A stretch of DNA of 64,000 bases, taken from Myxococcales bacterium. Its GTDB lineage: Bacteria; Myxococcota_A; Polyangia; Polyangiales; DASUME01. How positions within the stretch are numbered: the first letter of the stretch is position 1; each line of letters begins with the position of its first letter. Positions 30,304 through 43,700 of this stretch are shown one piece after another. Position numbers and translations under genes: made by a program. The notes under the pieces were generated by a model, which saw nothing but the letters and a program-made list of their open reading frames with translations, made no database searches and was not told the DNA's origin. The DNA is taken from the NCBI GenBank assembly GCA_047601445.1, contig JASGJH010000001.1, forward strand, positions 4,960,001-5,024,000, written 5' to 3'.

Positions 30304-33300
30304 CTACTCGGCTTCCACCAGGGGGAGTTGTTGTTCGAGGCGGACTCCGGCGAAGAAGCCGCCCTTGGCGTCCGACTCTTTTTCCAGGGAGCGCAGGGCG
30401 CGATCGAGCGAGGAGCGCACGCGCTGGGCGAGCGCGCGCACGTGGGGCTCGTCGAGCAGCGAAGCGTGATTGCCCGGCACCTCGATGACCTGGAGGGCGC
30501 CCTGGATGACTCCACCCCAACCGTTGTGCTCGTCGCGCATGTACTCGAAGTCACCGGCCGCACGGTTGGTGCGCACGCGGAACAGCACGGCGTCGCCAGG
30601 ATAGTTCGGCGGCGCGTAGCCCTGGATGGCGCGCGACCAGGCAGCTTCCACGCGTCCGCCGTCGAGGGAGCGCTCCCAGAGTCGGACCGCCACCGCTGGC
30701 GCATGGCGCTCGAGGAATTCCTTGCTGCGCTCCTCGACGCGGCGGCGTCCGAGCATCGTCACGTAGCGCGGACCCAGCTCCTGCAGGAGCGAGAAGTGCT
30801 CGGCCACGCGCTCGGGCCAGTCGAGCCCCTTGGTGGCGGGGTTCCAGGCGTCGAGGAAGAACAGCGGCGCCACCTTGCCCCCACCCTGCTGCAGCTTGAG
30901 GGCCATGTGGATGATGAGGGCGCCGCCCGCCGAGAAACCGGCCAAGAGGTAGGGTCCTCGCGGGCAAACCTTGCGCACCTCGGCCACGTACTCATCGACC
31001 ATGGCGTCGATGCTCTCGTGGGGCGCCATGATGCCGTCCACACCGCGCGACTGCAGTCCGTAGACGGGTTGATCGGGTCCGAGCGATATCGCCAAGTGAC
31101 GCAGGTTCATCACGTTGCCGCCACTGCCGCCCACGCAGAACAAGGGCGGGCGATGTCCGGCCGGCTGCATGGCCACCAGGCTCGACCAGGTGTACTCGCG
31201 CGGAGGCGGCGGCACGCTGTGGCCGTTGTTCGACTCCACGCGGGTCTCGACCTCGATGAGCTTCGCGAACTCGCGCACCGTGGGGGCTTTGATGAGCAGG
31301 GCCAGCGGGACCGGAATGCCGTAGGCAGCCTTGATCTTGGCGCTGACGCGCACCGCCGAGAGCGAGCTGCCGCCGAGATCGAAGAAGTTGTCCGTGGCCC
31401 CCACGCGGTCGAGGTTGAGCGCCTGGGCCCAGATCTTGGCGATGGCGCGCTCGATGCCCGCGTCGGGCTCGACGAAGTCGCGGCGGATCTCGCTGCGAGA
31501 AAGCACGTTGACCCCTACGTGCAGGGGCTCCGGAAGCTGCCCTACGACCGACTGCGCCGTGGACGAAGCCAGGTCGTCGAGCACGATGCGCGCGACCTCC
31601 TGGGCCGGCACGCCGCGGCGGATTTGGGCGGCCAGCGCGCGCGCGTTGCGGTCGGCGGCGGTACCCTCCTGCTCGATGGAGCGCGCCAGGGTCGCGTACA
31701 TGCCCTGATCCGAGACCAGGCCCAAGTCGAAGACCTGGGCCATCCCGTCCACGTGACGCGCGTTGGCGTCGGCGAACTCGGCTGCCGCGATGCTGGCGGA
31801 GAGGCCGGCGCGGGGCGAGAACCGCGCGGCGTTGCCGAAGCCCACCAGGAAGTCGAGCTCGTAGCGGATCACCTCACGCAACACGCGCCAGCCGTAGACC
31901 TCCGCGGCCAACGCATCATGGGCCTCACTGACGGTGCCGGTGGCGAGCAGCCACTCATCGAGCGTACCGGCGGCGTGGAACACGCCGTTGAGGGTGCCGA
32001 AGCGGCGCGAGATTTGAGTCGCCGCCGACTGCATCGACTCCAGGTGGCAGACGTCGGCAGACAGGGCCAGCACCTCGGCGCCTGCGGCCTCGAGGCGCTG
32101 GATCTGCCGGATGCGGGCGCTTACGGGGTCATGCTCGTCGTGATCTGCCAACCAGTCCGCGAAGTAGTCGCGGTCGGGGATGGGCGTGCGGCCGATCAAC
32201 ACCAGGCGCGGCTTGATGCGGCGCGTGATCTCCTCGGCCAGTGCCCTGCCCACGCCGCCGAAGCCGCCGACGATGAGATAGGTGCCGCCCGGGCGCAGGC
32301 CGCGCTTGTTGTCGGAAGGAATGGCCGGTGAGGGCAGCAACGTACGCTCGTAGAGCTGACGCCCGCGCACCGCATAGAGGCCGCGCCGCGATCCGCTGAT
32401 CTCGGCGAACAGGCGGTCGAGCAGGCGGTCGTGCCAGCGCTTGGTGCCGAAGGGCAACAGCAGCGCGCGGCGTGCGCCGACCGGGATGTCCACGTCGAAA
32501 GCGATGGTGCTGACGGTGGGTTCCTCGAACGGCAGCGCGGCCAGCGGGCCGTACATCAAGGCCTTCTCGGGCGTGGCCACGGCCTCACCACCCACGCTCA
32601 AGCAGCCGTTGGTCACGGCGGCGATGCGCATGGCGGGCTTCTTGTCGAGCTCCGCGAGTCCCTGCGCCAGACCGACCAGGGCCACGTAACCGCGCTCCAG
32701 GTTGTGGTGGAAGCGCGCGCTCTCCGAGCGGAACGGCTCGAAGGAAGTGACGGTCCAGAAGTAGAGCAGGACGTCGGGCAGCTGATCCTGGGCCGCGAGC
32801 TCGCCGATGAGCTCACGGAAGCCCTCCGCGCCGCGCTCGCAATCGATGAGGTAGTTGCCGTCGTTGTCGCGAGCCAGCGCCGGGCCAACGCCCATGCGCA
32901 CCACGGTGACCGCGCAACCTGCGTCGTCGAGGCGCGCCAGTGCGCGCTCGCTGAAGCCGCTCTCTTCCGCGAACACCAGGTAACGTAGGTTGGGATTGAG
33001 CTCGACCTTGGGGCTGGCGACGCTCTTGGTGAAGACGCTGATCAAGCGCGGCAGCGCGCCCTGATTGGTCACCGGCACGCGGCCCACGCTGAGCTCGGCA
33101 CCGGGCTCGGGCGGGTCAATCCAGAACGCGCGGTGCTCGAACGGATAGGTGGGCAGACGCAGGAGCTGGCGGCCCTCGGTCTCGAACAGCGACGTGTCGA
33201 GTGTGGAGCCCGCCAGGAAGGTCTGGGCACGCGCGGCCAGCATGGTGGACGGGATCATGCTGGAGCGAGAAGAGCCCGGGAACGCCTCGAGCGCTTCGAG

Positions 33301-34845
33301 GGCTTCGTCTTCCGTGCCCACCACGAAGGCGGCGCGCACGGGAAGCTCGCGACGACCCAGGCGCAAGGTATGCGCGATGTCCGCGAGGGTCTCGTGGGGA
33401 TGCGCGCGCATGTGGGCCGCCAAACGGCGGCAGGACTGCACGAGCGCCTCCGAGGTGCGCGCACTGAGCACGAGGAGTTCGCCGTCCTCCTGCACCGGAG
33501 CGCGGAAGATGGACGGTGCTTCCTCGAGCACCAGGTGCACGTTGGTGCCTCCGACCGCAAGGCAGTTGACCAGGGCACGTCGCGGCCCGTCTTCGGAGGC
33601 CCAGTGTTCAGCGCGCGTGAGGACGCGGAAGGGTGAGGTCTCGAGATCCAGCATCGGATGCGGGACCCGGAAATTGAGCAGCGGCGGCAGCGTCTTCGTG
33701 TGCAGCGCCAGGCAGGCCTTGACCAGCGAGACCAGGCCCGAAGCGTGATCGGTGTGGCCGAGGTTCGGCTTGTTGGCGCCGAGCACGCAGAAGCCGATGT
33801 CGGAAGTCTGCGTCTGGAACGCATTGCGCAGCGCGTTGACCTCGATGGAGTCGCCGAAGGGCGTGCCCGTGCCGTGAGCTTCGACGTAGCCGATGCTGCG
33901 CGGATCGATGCCAGCGACCGCCATGGCCTCTTCGATAGCCTGCGAAGGTCCGTCGACGGACGGCGCGGCGTACCCGACCTTGCGGTGTCCGTCGTTGTTC
34001 ACGGCTGTACCGCGAATCACGGCGTAGATCTGGTGACCGGCGGCCACGGCGTCCTCGAGCCGCGCCAACGCGACCACGGCCACGGCCGCCGAGGGCAAGG
34101 TGCCCGCCGCTCGCGCGTCGAAGGTACGGCAGACTCCGTCGGGGGAATCGAGCCCGCCTTCTTCGTAGAGGTAGCCCGCGTCCTGCGGCACCCGCAACGA
34201 GGCGGCCGCCGCGACGGCGATGCGACACTCACGCCCCAGCAAGCTCTGACACGCGCTGTGCACGGCCAACGCACCGCTGGCGCAGGCCGCCTGCACGCCG
34301 ACGCAGGGCCCGCGCAGATCGAGCGCATAGGCCAGGCGCGAGGTCATGAAGTCTCGGTCGTTCCCGAGCCGGAACAGGTTCTGGAGACCGGTCTCCTCCA
34401 CCAACTCACGGTTGGGAAGGATGTTGTTGAGCATGTACTCGCTGGCCGAGGTGCCCACGAAGAGCCCGATGGGCCCCGGCGGACGCGCTGGGTCGATGGC
34501 GGCGTCTTCGAGCGCGGTCCACGTGCACTCGCACAGGTGGCGCAGCTGGGGATCCATCAACGCGGCTTCGCGCGGTGTGAAGCCGAACAGCTCGGGGTCG
34601 AAGTTGGCGAGCCCCTCGATGCGCCCGCCGCGGCGGATGTAGCGCGGGTGCTCGCGCATGCCTTCGGGCACGCGGGCGCGCTTGAGGTCCTCGTCGCTGA
34701 GGTCGTCGATCAGGCTCAGGTTGTCGCGCAGCTTGTTCCACAGCTGCATCGCATCGCCGGCCCCGGGCGCACGCAGCCCGATGCCGATGACTGCTACGGC
34801 CTGCTCGGGCAACTCTGCGTTGGGTGGCGACGACGAGTCGGTCAT
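30304..34845 (-). CDS. Type I PKS termination module KS-(no AT)-KR(degenerate)-ACP-TE
   Basis: KS AACASG/EAHGTGT/NLGH; KR GGFGGVG and HAAG; ACP FFDLGGSSL; TE GFSAG and PGNH. Confidence 0.92.
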   Translation of the reverse strand: MTDSSSPPNAELPEQAVAVIGIGLRAPGAGDAMQLWNKLRDNLSLIDDLSDEDLKRARVPEGMREHPRYIRRGGRIEGLANFDPELFGFTPREAALMDPQLRHLCECTWTALEDAAIDPARPPGPIGLFVGTSASEYMLNNILPNRELVEETGLQNLFRLGNDRDFMTSRLAYALDLRGPCVGVQAACASGALAVHSACQSLLGRECRIAVAAAASLRVPQDAGYLYEEGGLDSPDGVCRTFDARAAGTLPSAAVAVVALARLEDAVAAGHQIYAVIRGTAVNNDGHRKVGYAAPSVDGPSQAIEEAMAVAGIDPRSIGYVEAHGTGTPFGDSIEVNALRNAFQTQTSDIGFCVLGANKPNLGHTDHASGLVSLVKACLALHTKTLPPLLNFRVPHPMLDLETSPFRVLTRAEHWASEDGPRRALVNCLAVGGTNVHLVLEEAPSIFRAPVQEDGELLVLSARTSEALVQSCRRLAAHMRAHPHETLADIAHTLRLGRRELPVRAAFVVGTEDEALEALEAFPGSSRSSMIPSTMLAARAQTFLAGSTLDTSLFETEGRQLLRLPTYPFEHRAFWIDPPEPGAELSVGRVPVTNQGALPRLISVFTKSVASPKVELNPNLRYLVFAEESGFSERALARLDDAGCAVTVVRMGVGPALARDNDGNYLIDCERGAEGFRELIGELAAQDQLPDVLLYFWTVTSFEPFRSESARFHHNLERGYVALVGLAQGLAELDKKPAMRIAAVTNGCLSVGGEAVATPEKALMYGPLAALPFEEPTVSTIAFDVDIPVGARRALLLPFGTKRWHDRLLDRLFAEISGSRRGLYAVRGRQLYERTLLPSPAIPSDNKRGLRPGGTYLIVGGFGGVGRALAEEITRRIKPRLVLIGRTPIPDRDYFADWLADHDEHDPVSARIRQIQRLEAAGAEVLALSADVCHLESMQSAATQISRRFGTLNGVFHAAGTLDEWLLATGTVSEAHDALAAEVYGWRVLREVIRYELDFLVGFGNAARFSPRAGLSASIAAAEFADANARHVDGMAQVFDLGLVSDQGMYATLARSIEQEGTAADRNARALAAQIRRGVPAQEVARIVLDDLASSTAQSVVGQLPEPLHVGVNVLSRSEIRRDFVEPDAGIERAIAKIWAQALNLDRVGATDNFFDLGGSSLSAVRVSAKIKAAYGIPVPLALLIKAPTVREFAKLIEVETRVESNNGHSVPPPPREYTWSSLVAMQPAGHRPPLFCVGGSGGNVMNLRHLAISLGPDQPVYGLQSRGVDGIMAPHESIDAMVDEYVAEVRKVCPRGPYLLAGFSAGGALIIHMALKLQQGGGKVAPLFFLDAWNPATKGLDWPERVAEHFSLLQELGPRYVTMLGRRRVEERSKEFLERHAPAVAVRLWERSLDGGRVEAAWSRAIQGYAPPNYPGDAVLFRVRTNRAAGDFEYMRDEHNGWGGVIQGALQVIEVPGNHASLLDEPHVRALAQRVRSSLDRALRSLEKESDAKGGFFAGVRLEQQLPLVEAE

Positions 34846-34847
34846 GG

Positions 34848-38111
<3,264 letters not shown>

Positions 38112-38118
38112 TGGCTGT

Positions 38119-40299
38119 TCAACTCGTAACTAGCTGCTGATACTTGCCTGGTCGTCCGGGGTCGGGCACGAACCAGGCCGGATTGCCGTGCTGATCGCGC
38201 CCGAGCCTCGCACCAGGCACCGGGGGCGCGCTGGCGAGCGCGGGCTTGGCTGGCTCCTCGGCTGGCACGAAGAACCCGCCGCGCTGCACTTCGTGGATGG
38301 CCTCCTTGAAGGCGTCGATCACGAAGGCGACGTCCTCATCGCTATGGGCCGTGGTCAAGAAGACCGGGCGGCCATCGTAGATGTGCACGCCGCGCATGCG
38401 CATGTGGGCGAAGAGGAGATCGCCGAAGGTCTGCTCGATGGAGTAGTGCCCCTTCATCATCGAGGTGAAGTGGCCGAACTCGAGCGGCACCCCCGCCTGT
38501 TTGGCGAAGGCGTTCATGCTGGTGGCGAGGTGCGTGGCGCGCGCGTTCACCGTGCGCTGCAGCTCCGGACCTTCCTTCTTGAGGTACTCGAGCGAGGCCT
38601 TGGCCGCGGCCAACGTGAGCGGATGGCGCACGAAGGTACCCGCGAAGTAGGTGACGCCCACTTCGGGCACCGAGCTGTCGCCGAACTGCCAGTAGCCGCC
38701 GTCGAGGGCGTCCATGTACTCGCGCTTGCCGGCGATCACGCCGATGGGCATGCCGCCACCCACGACCTTGCCGTAGGTCGCGATGTCGGCCTGCACGTCG
38801 AAGATCTCCTGGGCGCCGCGCTGAGCCGAGCGGAAGCCGCAGATCACTTCGTCGACGATGAAGACGATGTTCTCGTCGGTGCACAGCTTGCGTAGCGCGT
38901 GCAGGAACTCCTTGGGCTGAAGCTCCGGACGTCGGCTCTGTACGGGTTCCACGATGGCGCAGGCGATGTCGTCGGCCTTCTCGCGGATAATCTCGAGCGA
39001 CCTGGGGTCGCCGTAGTCCAGCACCAGCACGTTGCCGGTGTGCGAGCTGGGAATGCCCGCCGCCGCCGGCACGCTACGGCCCGAGGGCGTGCCGCGGACG
39101 ATGACCTCGTCGTTGATGCCGTGGTAGTCGCCGGTGAACATCACCATCAGGTTCTTGCCGGTGACCGTGCGCGCCATGCGGATGGCACCGAGCACGGCTT
39201 CCGAGCCCGTGTTGCAGAAGGCAGCGCGCTCATGGCCCACCATCTCGCAGAACATCTGGGCGACCTCGCCGGCCAGGTGGTGCTGCGGGCCGATCTCGAA
39301 GCCGTTCCGGACCTGACGCTCGAGCGCCTCCACCACGAAGGGCGCGGCGTGCCCGAAGAAACACGAGCCGTAGCCGCACAGCATGTCGATGAACTCGTTG
39401 CCGTCGATGTCCCAGATGCGCGAGCCCTGGGAGCGGGCGGCCACGATGGAGTAGATCATCTCCTTGAGGCGCGGGTGGAAGCCGCTGACGGTGCGCGGAT
39501 CGGCCAGGTGGGCGCGATGCTGCTGCGTGTACGCCTTGGAGGACTTGGTCTTCTCGTTGTAGCGCTGGATCAGCTGGTCGATGTGCTTCTGCTGACGCGG
39601 CGTGAGCTCGGTGTTGTCCTTGCGCTCGATGCGCACCTGGGCGCCGAAGGGCTTGGCGGCGGGGGCCGGTGCGTCGGCCGCGGGGGCCGGGGTCGCAGCC
39701 GCAGCGGGGGTGCCGTTGGCAGCAGGTGCGCTGGTGACGACCGGTGAGGCTGGGGTCGCACTCGGCTGCGCGACGGCCTCGGATTGCGGCGCCGCGACCG
39801 CGCTGGCCACGGCCAGGGGCTGACCCGAAAGCATGGCCAACTGACGCGCCATGATCTGCAGCTGCTGGGAGAACACGCGCTCGAGCGCGCTGGCCCCAGC
39901 GGGAGCCACGCCCACGGGCGCAGACTCGAAGGCCGCCAGCGGCAAGGCCACGGGCACTGCGGGCTTCGCGACGGCAACCGCGACGGCTGCCACGGGAGCG
40001 GGAGCGGGGGCCGCGGGTTGGGCGGCGGCGCCGTTGAACTGATCCTTGGGCAGCACCTGGTCGAGGTGCTGGGCCAGCGCGAGCATGGACGGGAACTCGT
40101 CGGTCAGCTGGCGCATACGCAGCTTCTGCTTGAACTCCTTGTTCAAGCGCGTGGTGAGCTGGGTCAGAAAGAGGGAGTCGAAGCCCAGGTCGAAGAAGCC
40201 CGTGGCGGCCGCGGTGTCGGGGAGATCACTCCCCGAGAGTTCGTTGGTAATGAGGCGGATGCGATCGGTGAGGGTGGGGACCCGGAGATCCTGAGTCAC
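38119..40299 (-). CDS. ACP + class III PLP aminotransferase didomain (PKS-associated AMT)
   Basis: GFDSL ACP; NTGSEAV, VEPVQSR, DEVICGFR, TYGKVVGGG; AAGGAG RBS before GTG. Confidence 0.93.
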   Translation of the reverse strand: MTQDLRVPTLTDRIRLITNELSGSDLPDTAAATGFFDLGFDSLFLTQLTTRLNKEFKQKLRMRQLTDEFPSMLALAQHLDQVLPKDQFNGAAAQPAAPAPAPVAAVAVAVAKPAVPVALPLAAFESAPVGVAPAGASALERVFSQQLQIMARQLAMLSGQPLAVASAVAAPQSEAVAQPSATPASPVVTSAPAANGTPAAAATPAPAADAPAPAAKPFGAQVRIERKDNTELTPRQQKHIDQLIQRYNEKTKSSKAYTQQHRAHLADPRTVSGFHPRLKEMIYSIVAARSQGSRIWDIDGNEFIDMLCGYGSCFFGHAAPFVVEALERQVRNGFEIGPQHHLAGEVAQMFCEMVGHERAAFCNTGSEAVLGAIRMARTVTGKNLMVMFTGDYHGINDEVIVRGTPSGRSVPAAAGIPSSHTGNVLVLDYGDPRSLEIIREKADDIACAIVEPVQSRRPELQPKEFLHALRKLCTDENIVFIVDEVICGFRSAQRGAQEIFDVQADIATYGKVVGGGMPIGVIAGKREYMDALDGGYWQFGDSSVPEVGVTYFAGTFVRHPLTLAAAKASLEYLKKEGPELQRTVNARATHLATSMNAFAKQAGVPLEFGHFTSMMKGHYSIEQTFGDLLFAHMRMRGVHIYDGRPVFLTTAHSDEDVAFVIDAFKEAIHEVQRGGFFVPAEEPAKPALASAPPVPGARLGRDQHGNPAWFVPDPGRPGKYQQLVTS

Positions 40300-40729
40300 A
40301 TGAACTCCTTCGAGGGCACAGGTCGAAGCGGGCGGGTGCGTCCGCGAGCTTCACTACATGAGAGCCGATACACGAACGGGCACACGTGCTCGTGCATGGC
40401 CGAGCAAGCCCGGGTGGGCGCGCCAGCAGCATCGAGATGATAGCAGGCCACACCCAGCACTCGGAGCATCAAAAGTACGCGCGGACGGCCGCAATCTGCC
40501 CTGACGATTTGACCTTGTCGAGGGCACCGCGCCGTGGCGTTCTGTCGCGATTACCCGTTCGGGTAGGTGTCACGGCTGGGCGCGTAAGACAGCGAGATGC
40601 CGATGGTGTCCAGGATTCGGTGCACGCGCTCGAGCCGCGCGCGGCGGGATTGGCTGAGCGCGCCCCGAGTCGCTGACGATCACGCTTCGCGTCCAACAAC
40701 TGTACTCGGATCGCGCGCTGCTGCGTGCC

Positions 40730-43700
40730 ATGGTTACGGCCATGCCTGAAGCTGCTTCGGACCCCAGTTTGCTCGCCCTCGACACGGCCCAGGAGCGCTG
40801 GTGGTTGCTCGCTCAACTCGTACATCAGAGCCCAGCTCTTTACATTGCGCATGCGGTGCGCAGGCCGAGCGGACTCCCGCTCTCGGAGCTCACGACGTCC
40901 GTCGTTAATTGGGCGGAGGGCATCCCCGCCCTCAAGGCACTGGTGGAGGGCAGCGGCGAGCGTGCCCGGCGTCGGGTGGGTCCACAGGCCCATGTGAGTG
41001 TACGCACGATTGGCAGTCCCCTCGCGTTGGCTACTGCCGCAGCGCACGAGGTTCGCGCCGAAGCCAAGCGGGGGATCTCGCTCGAGCGTGGCCCGCTGCT
41101 TCGCGTGACGCAGATCGTGGCGCCCGACGGAGTCGCGCTCGTGTTCGTCAGCCACCGTGTGGTGGCGAGCCGCGAATTGCTGGCGAGTTGGTGTCGTCCG
41201 CTCGAAGGACAAGGTGCTCACGCCCGCGCCGCCGGCAACGACGCGACGCGCGCGCTTTCAGTGTCACTGGAGCGAGAGCGCGCTTTCCTCGCGAGTCCAG
41301 AGGCCAAGGCCCATGGTCAATCCGTCGCAACGCGCCTGCGCGGCCACGAGTTGTCGCTCGACCTGCCCACCGATCGCGTGCGCGCCGAAGAGCGGGACCT
41401 GGTCAGCAGTGAGCTGGTCCAGCCTCTGTCCGCGGCGTGCCGTAGCGCCCTCGGTCAGCTCGCCGCCCAGACCGGCGCGAGCTCCCAAGACGTCCTGAGC
41501 GCGGCTCTCGCGCTCATGCTGGCGCGCTATGCGCGGCAGAGAGACCTGGTGCTCGGAGAAGTGCTGCCGAGCGACCCGAGTGACCCGGGCGCGCGCGAGC
41601 CGAGCGCCATCTTGCGCCTGAACCTCGAGGGCAGACCCAGTGTGAGCCAGTTGGTGGAGCGCGTGGCGCGCGCGCGTGTAGAGGCCCGCGCGGATGCCCC
41701 CCTGCCATTCGAAGCCCTGCTCGGACAGCTCGCCCTCAAGCGCGACCCGAGCCGAAGCCCCATCTTCCAGGTGGAGTTTCGCCACCGAACACTCGCGCAA
41801 GAGGCCCTCATCGTGGACGCCGGAGGTCTCGAGCTCGACCTGAGCTTCGACTTCCTGGAGAGCCCCGGCGCGCTCACCTGCGTGGTGCGCTTCGCCACCC
41901 AGCTGTTCGACGCCGCCAGTGTGGCCCGCATGGTCGCGCATCTGGGCGAGCTCCTGTGCCGGATGGCTGCGGCCCCTGACCGGGAGGCGTTCCGCCTTCA
42001 GATGGTCACCGATCAGGAGCGCAGCGCGCTGCTCGGACCGGCCACCAACCTACCCGCCTACAGCGCAAGTCCGGCCATTCACCGCTGGGTGGAGGCGCGC
42101 GCCAAGGAGCGCCCCGAGGCACTGGCCATCACCTGCAACGGCGAATCCCTCAGCTACGGCGCCCTGAACCGCCGCGCCAACCAGCTGGCCCGTGCCCTGG
42201 TGGCCCGCGGCGTGGGTCGCGACCAGCGCGTGGTCGTGTGCATGGAGCGCTCGCTGGACCTGGTGGTGGCCCTGTTGGCGGTGCTCAAGGCGGGCGGCGC
42301 CTACGTGCCCATCGAGCCCACCAACCCCAAGGACCGCATCGACTTCGTGCTCGAGGACGCCCGCGCCATCCTGGCCCTCACCCAGCGTCCGCTGGCGGAC
42401 AAGGTGAGCGGCTCGGACGTGTTGTTCGTGGACGATCTGGGCGCCTTCGCGCAGCACGCCGAGGGGGACCTCGAGGGGCCCGACGTGCTCGAGTCGCTCG
42501 CCTACGTCATCTACACCTCGGGCTCCACGGGCAAGCCGAAGGGCTGCCTCATCGAGCACCGCCACGTGGTTCGGCTATTCCAGGCCTGCGACGCGTGGTT
42601 CCATTTCGGCCCCGACGACGTCTTCAGTGTCTTCCACTCGTTCGCCTTCGACTTCTCGGTGTTCGAGCTGTGGGGAGCCCTGATGTTCGGCGGACGCGCG
42701 GTGGTGGTGCCGCAGTCCGTAACACGCGCCCCGGACGACTTTCTTTCGCTGTGCGTACGCGAGAAGGTCAGCGTGCTGTGCCAGACGCCCTCGGCGTTCC
42801 GCCAGTTCGTGGCCAACGAAGCCAAGCTGGCCCCCGGCGCCCTGGCACTGCGGCTCGTGGTGTTCGGTGGCGAGGCGCTGGAGCTCGAGAGCCTGCGCCC
42901 GTGGTTCCAGAAGCACGGCGACAGCAAGCCCGAGCTCGTCAACATGTACGGCATCACCGAGACCACGGTGCATGTCACGTATCGCCCCATCCGCTTCGCC
43001 GACCTCGCCTTGGGTGCCTCCAGCGTGATCGGCGTGCCCATCCCCGACCTCTACGTGCACCTGCTCGACGAGGAGCAGAACCTGGTGCCGGTCGGTGTGC
43101 CGGGAGAGATCCATGTGGGCGGTGCGGGCGTCGCGCGCGGCTACTTGGAGCGCCCGGAGCTCACTGCGGCGCGCTTCGTGGACGACCCCTTCGTACCTGG
43201 GGCACGGCTCTATCGCTCGGGTGACCTGGCGCGCCTGCTGCCCCACGGCGAGCTCGACTACCTCGGACGCATCGACTTCCAGGTGAAGATCCGCGGCTTT
43301 CGCATCGAGACGGGAGAGATCGAGGCCGCCCTGCGACGCTCGGGCCTGGTGCGGGATGTCGCGGTGCTCACGCACAAGCAGGCCGGGGACGCGTTCCTGG
43401 CAGCCTACGTGGTGACCGACGCCACGCCCAACGACCTGCGCAGTGCGCTGCGACGCGAGCTCCCCGAATACATGGTGCCATCCGTGTTCGTGGTGATCCC
43501 GGAGCTGCCCATGAACGTGAACGGCAAGGTCGACCGCGCCGCGCTGCCGGAACCGCGCGAGGTCACGCAGACGGTGCAAGTCCGGCCGAGCTCGGAGCTC
43601 GAGCGCATCATCGCCAGCGTGTGGTGCGAGGTGCTGGGTCGCGACGAGGTCTCGGTCGACCAGAGCTTCTTCGATCTTGGCGGCAATTCCGGGCGTGTGG

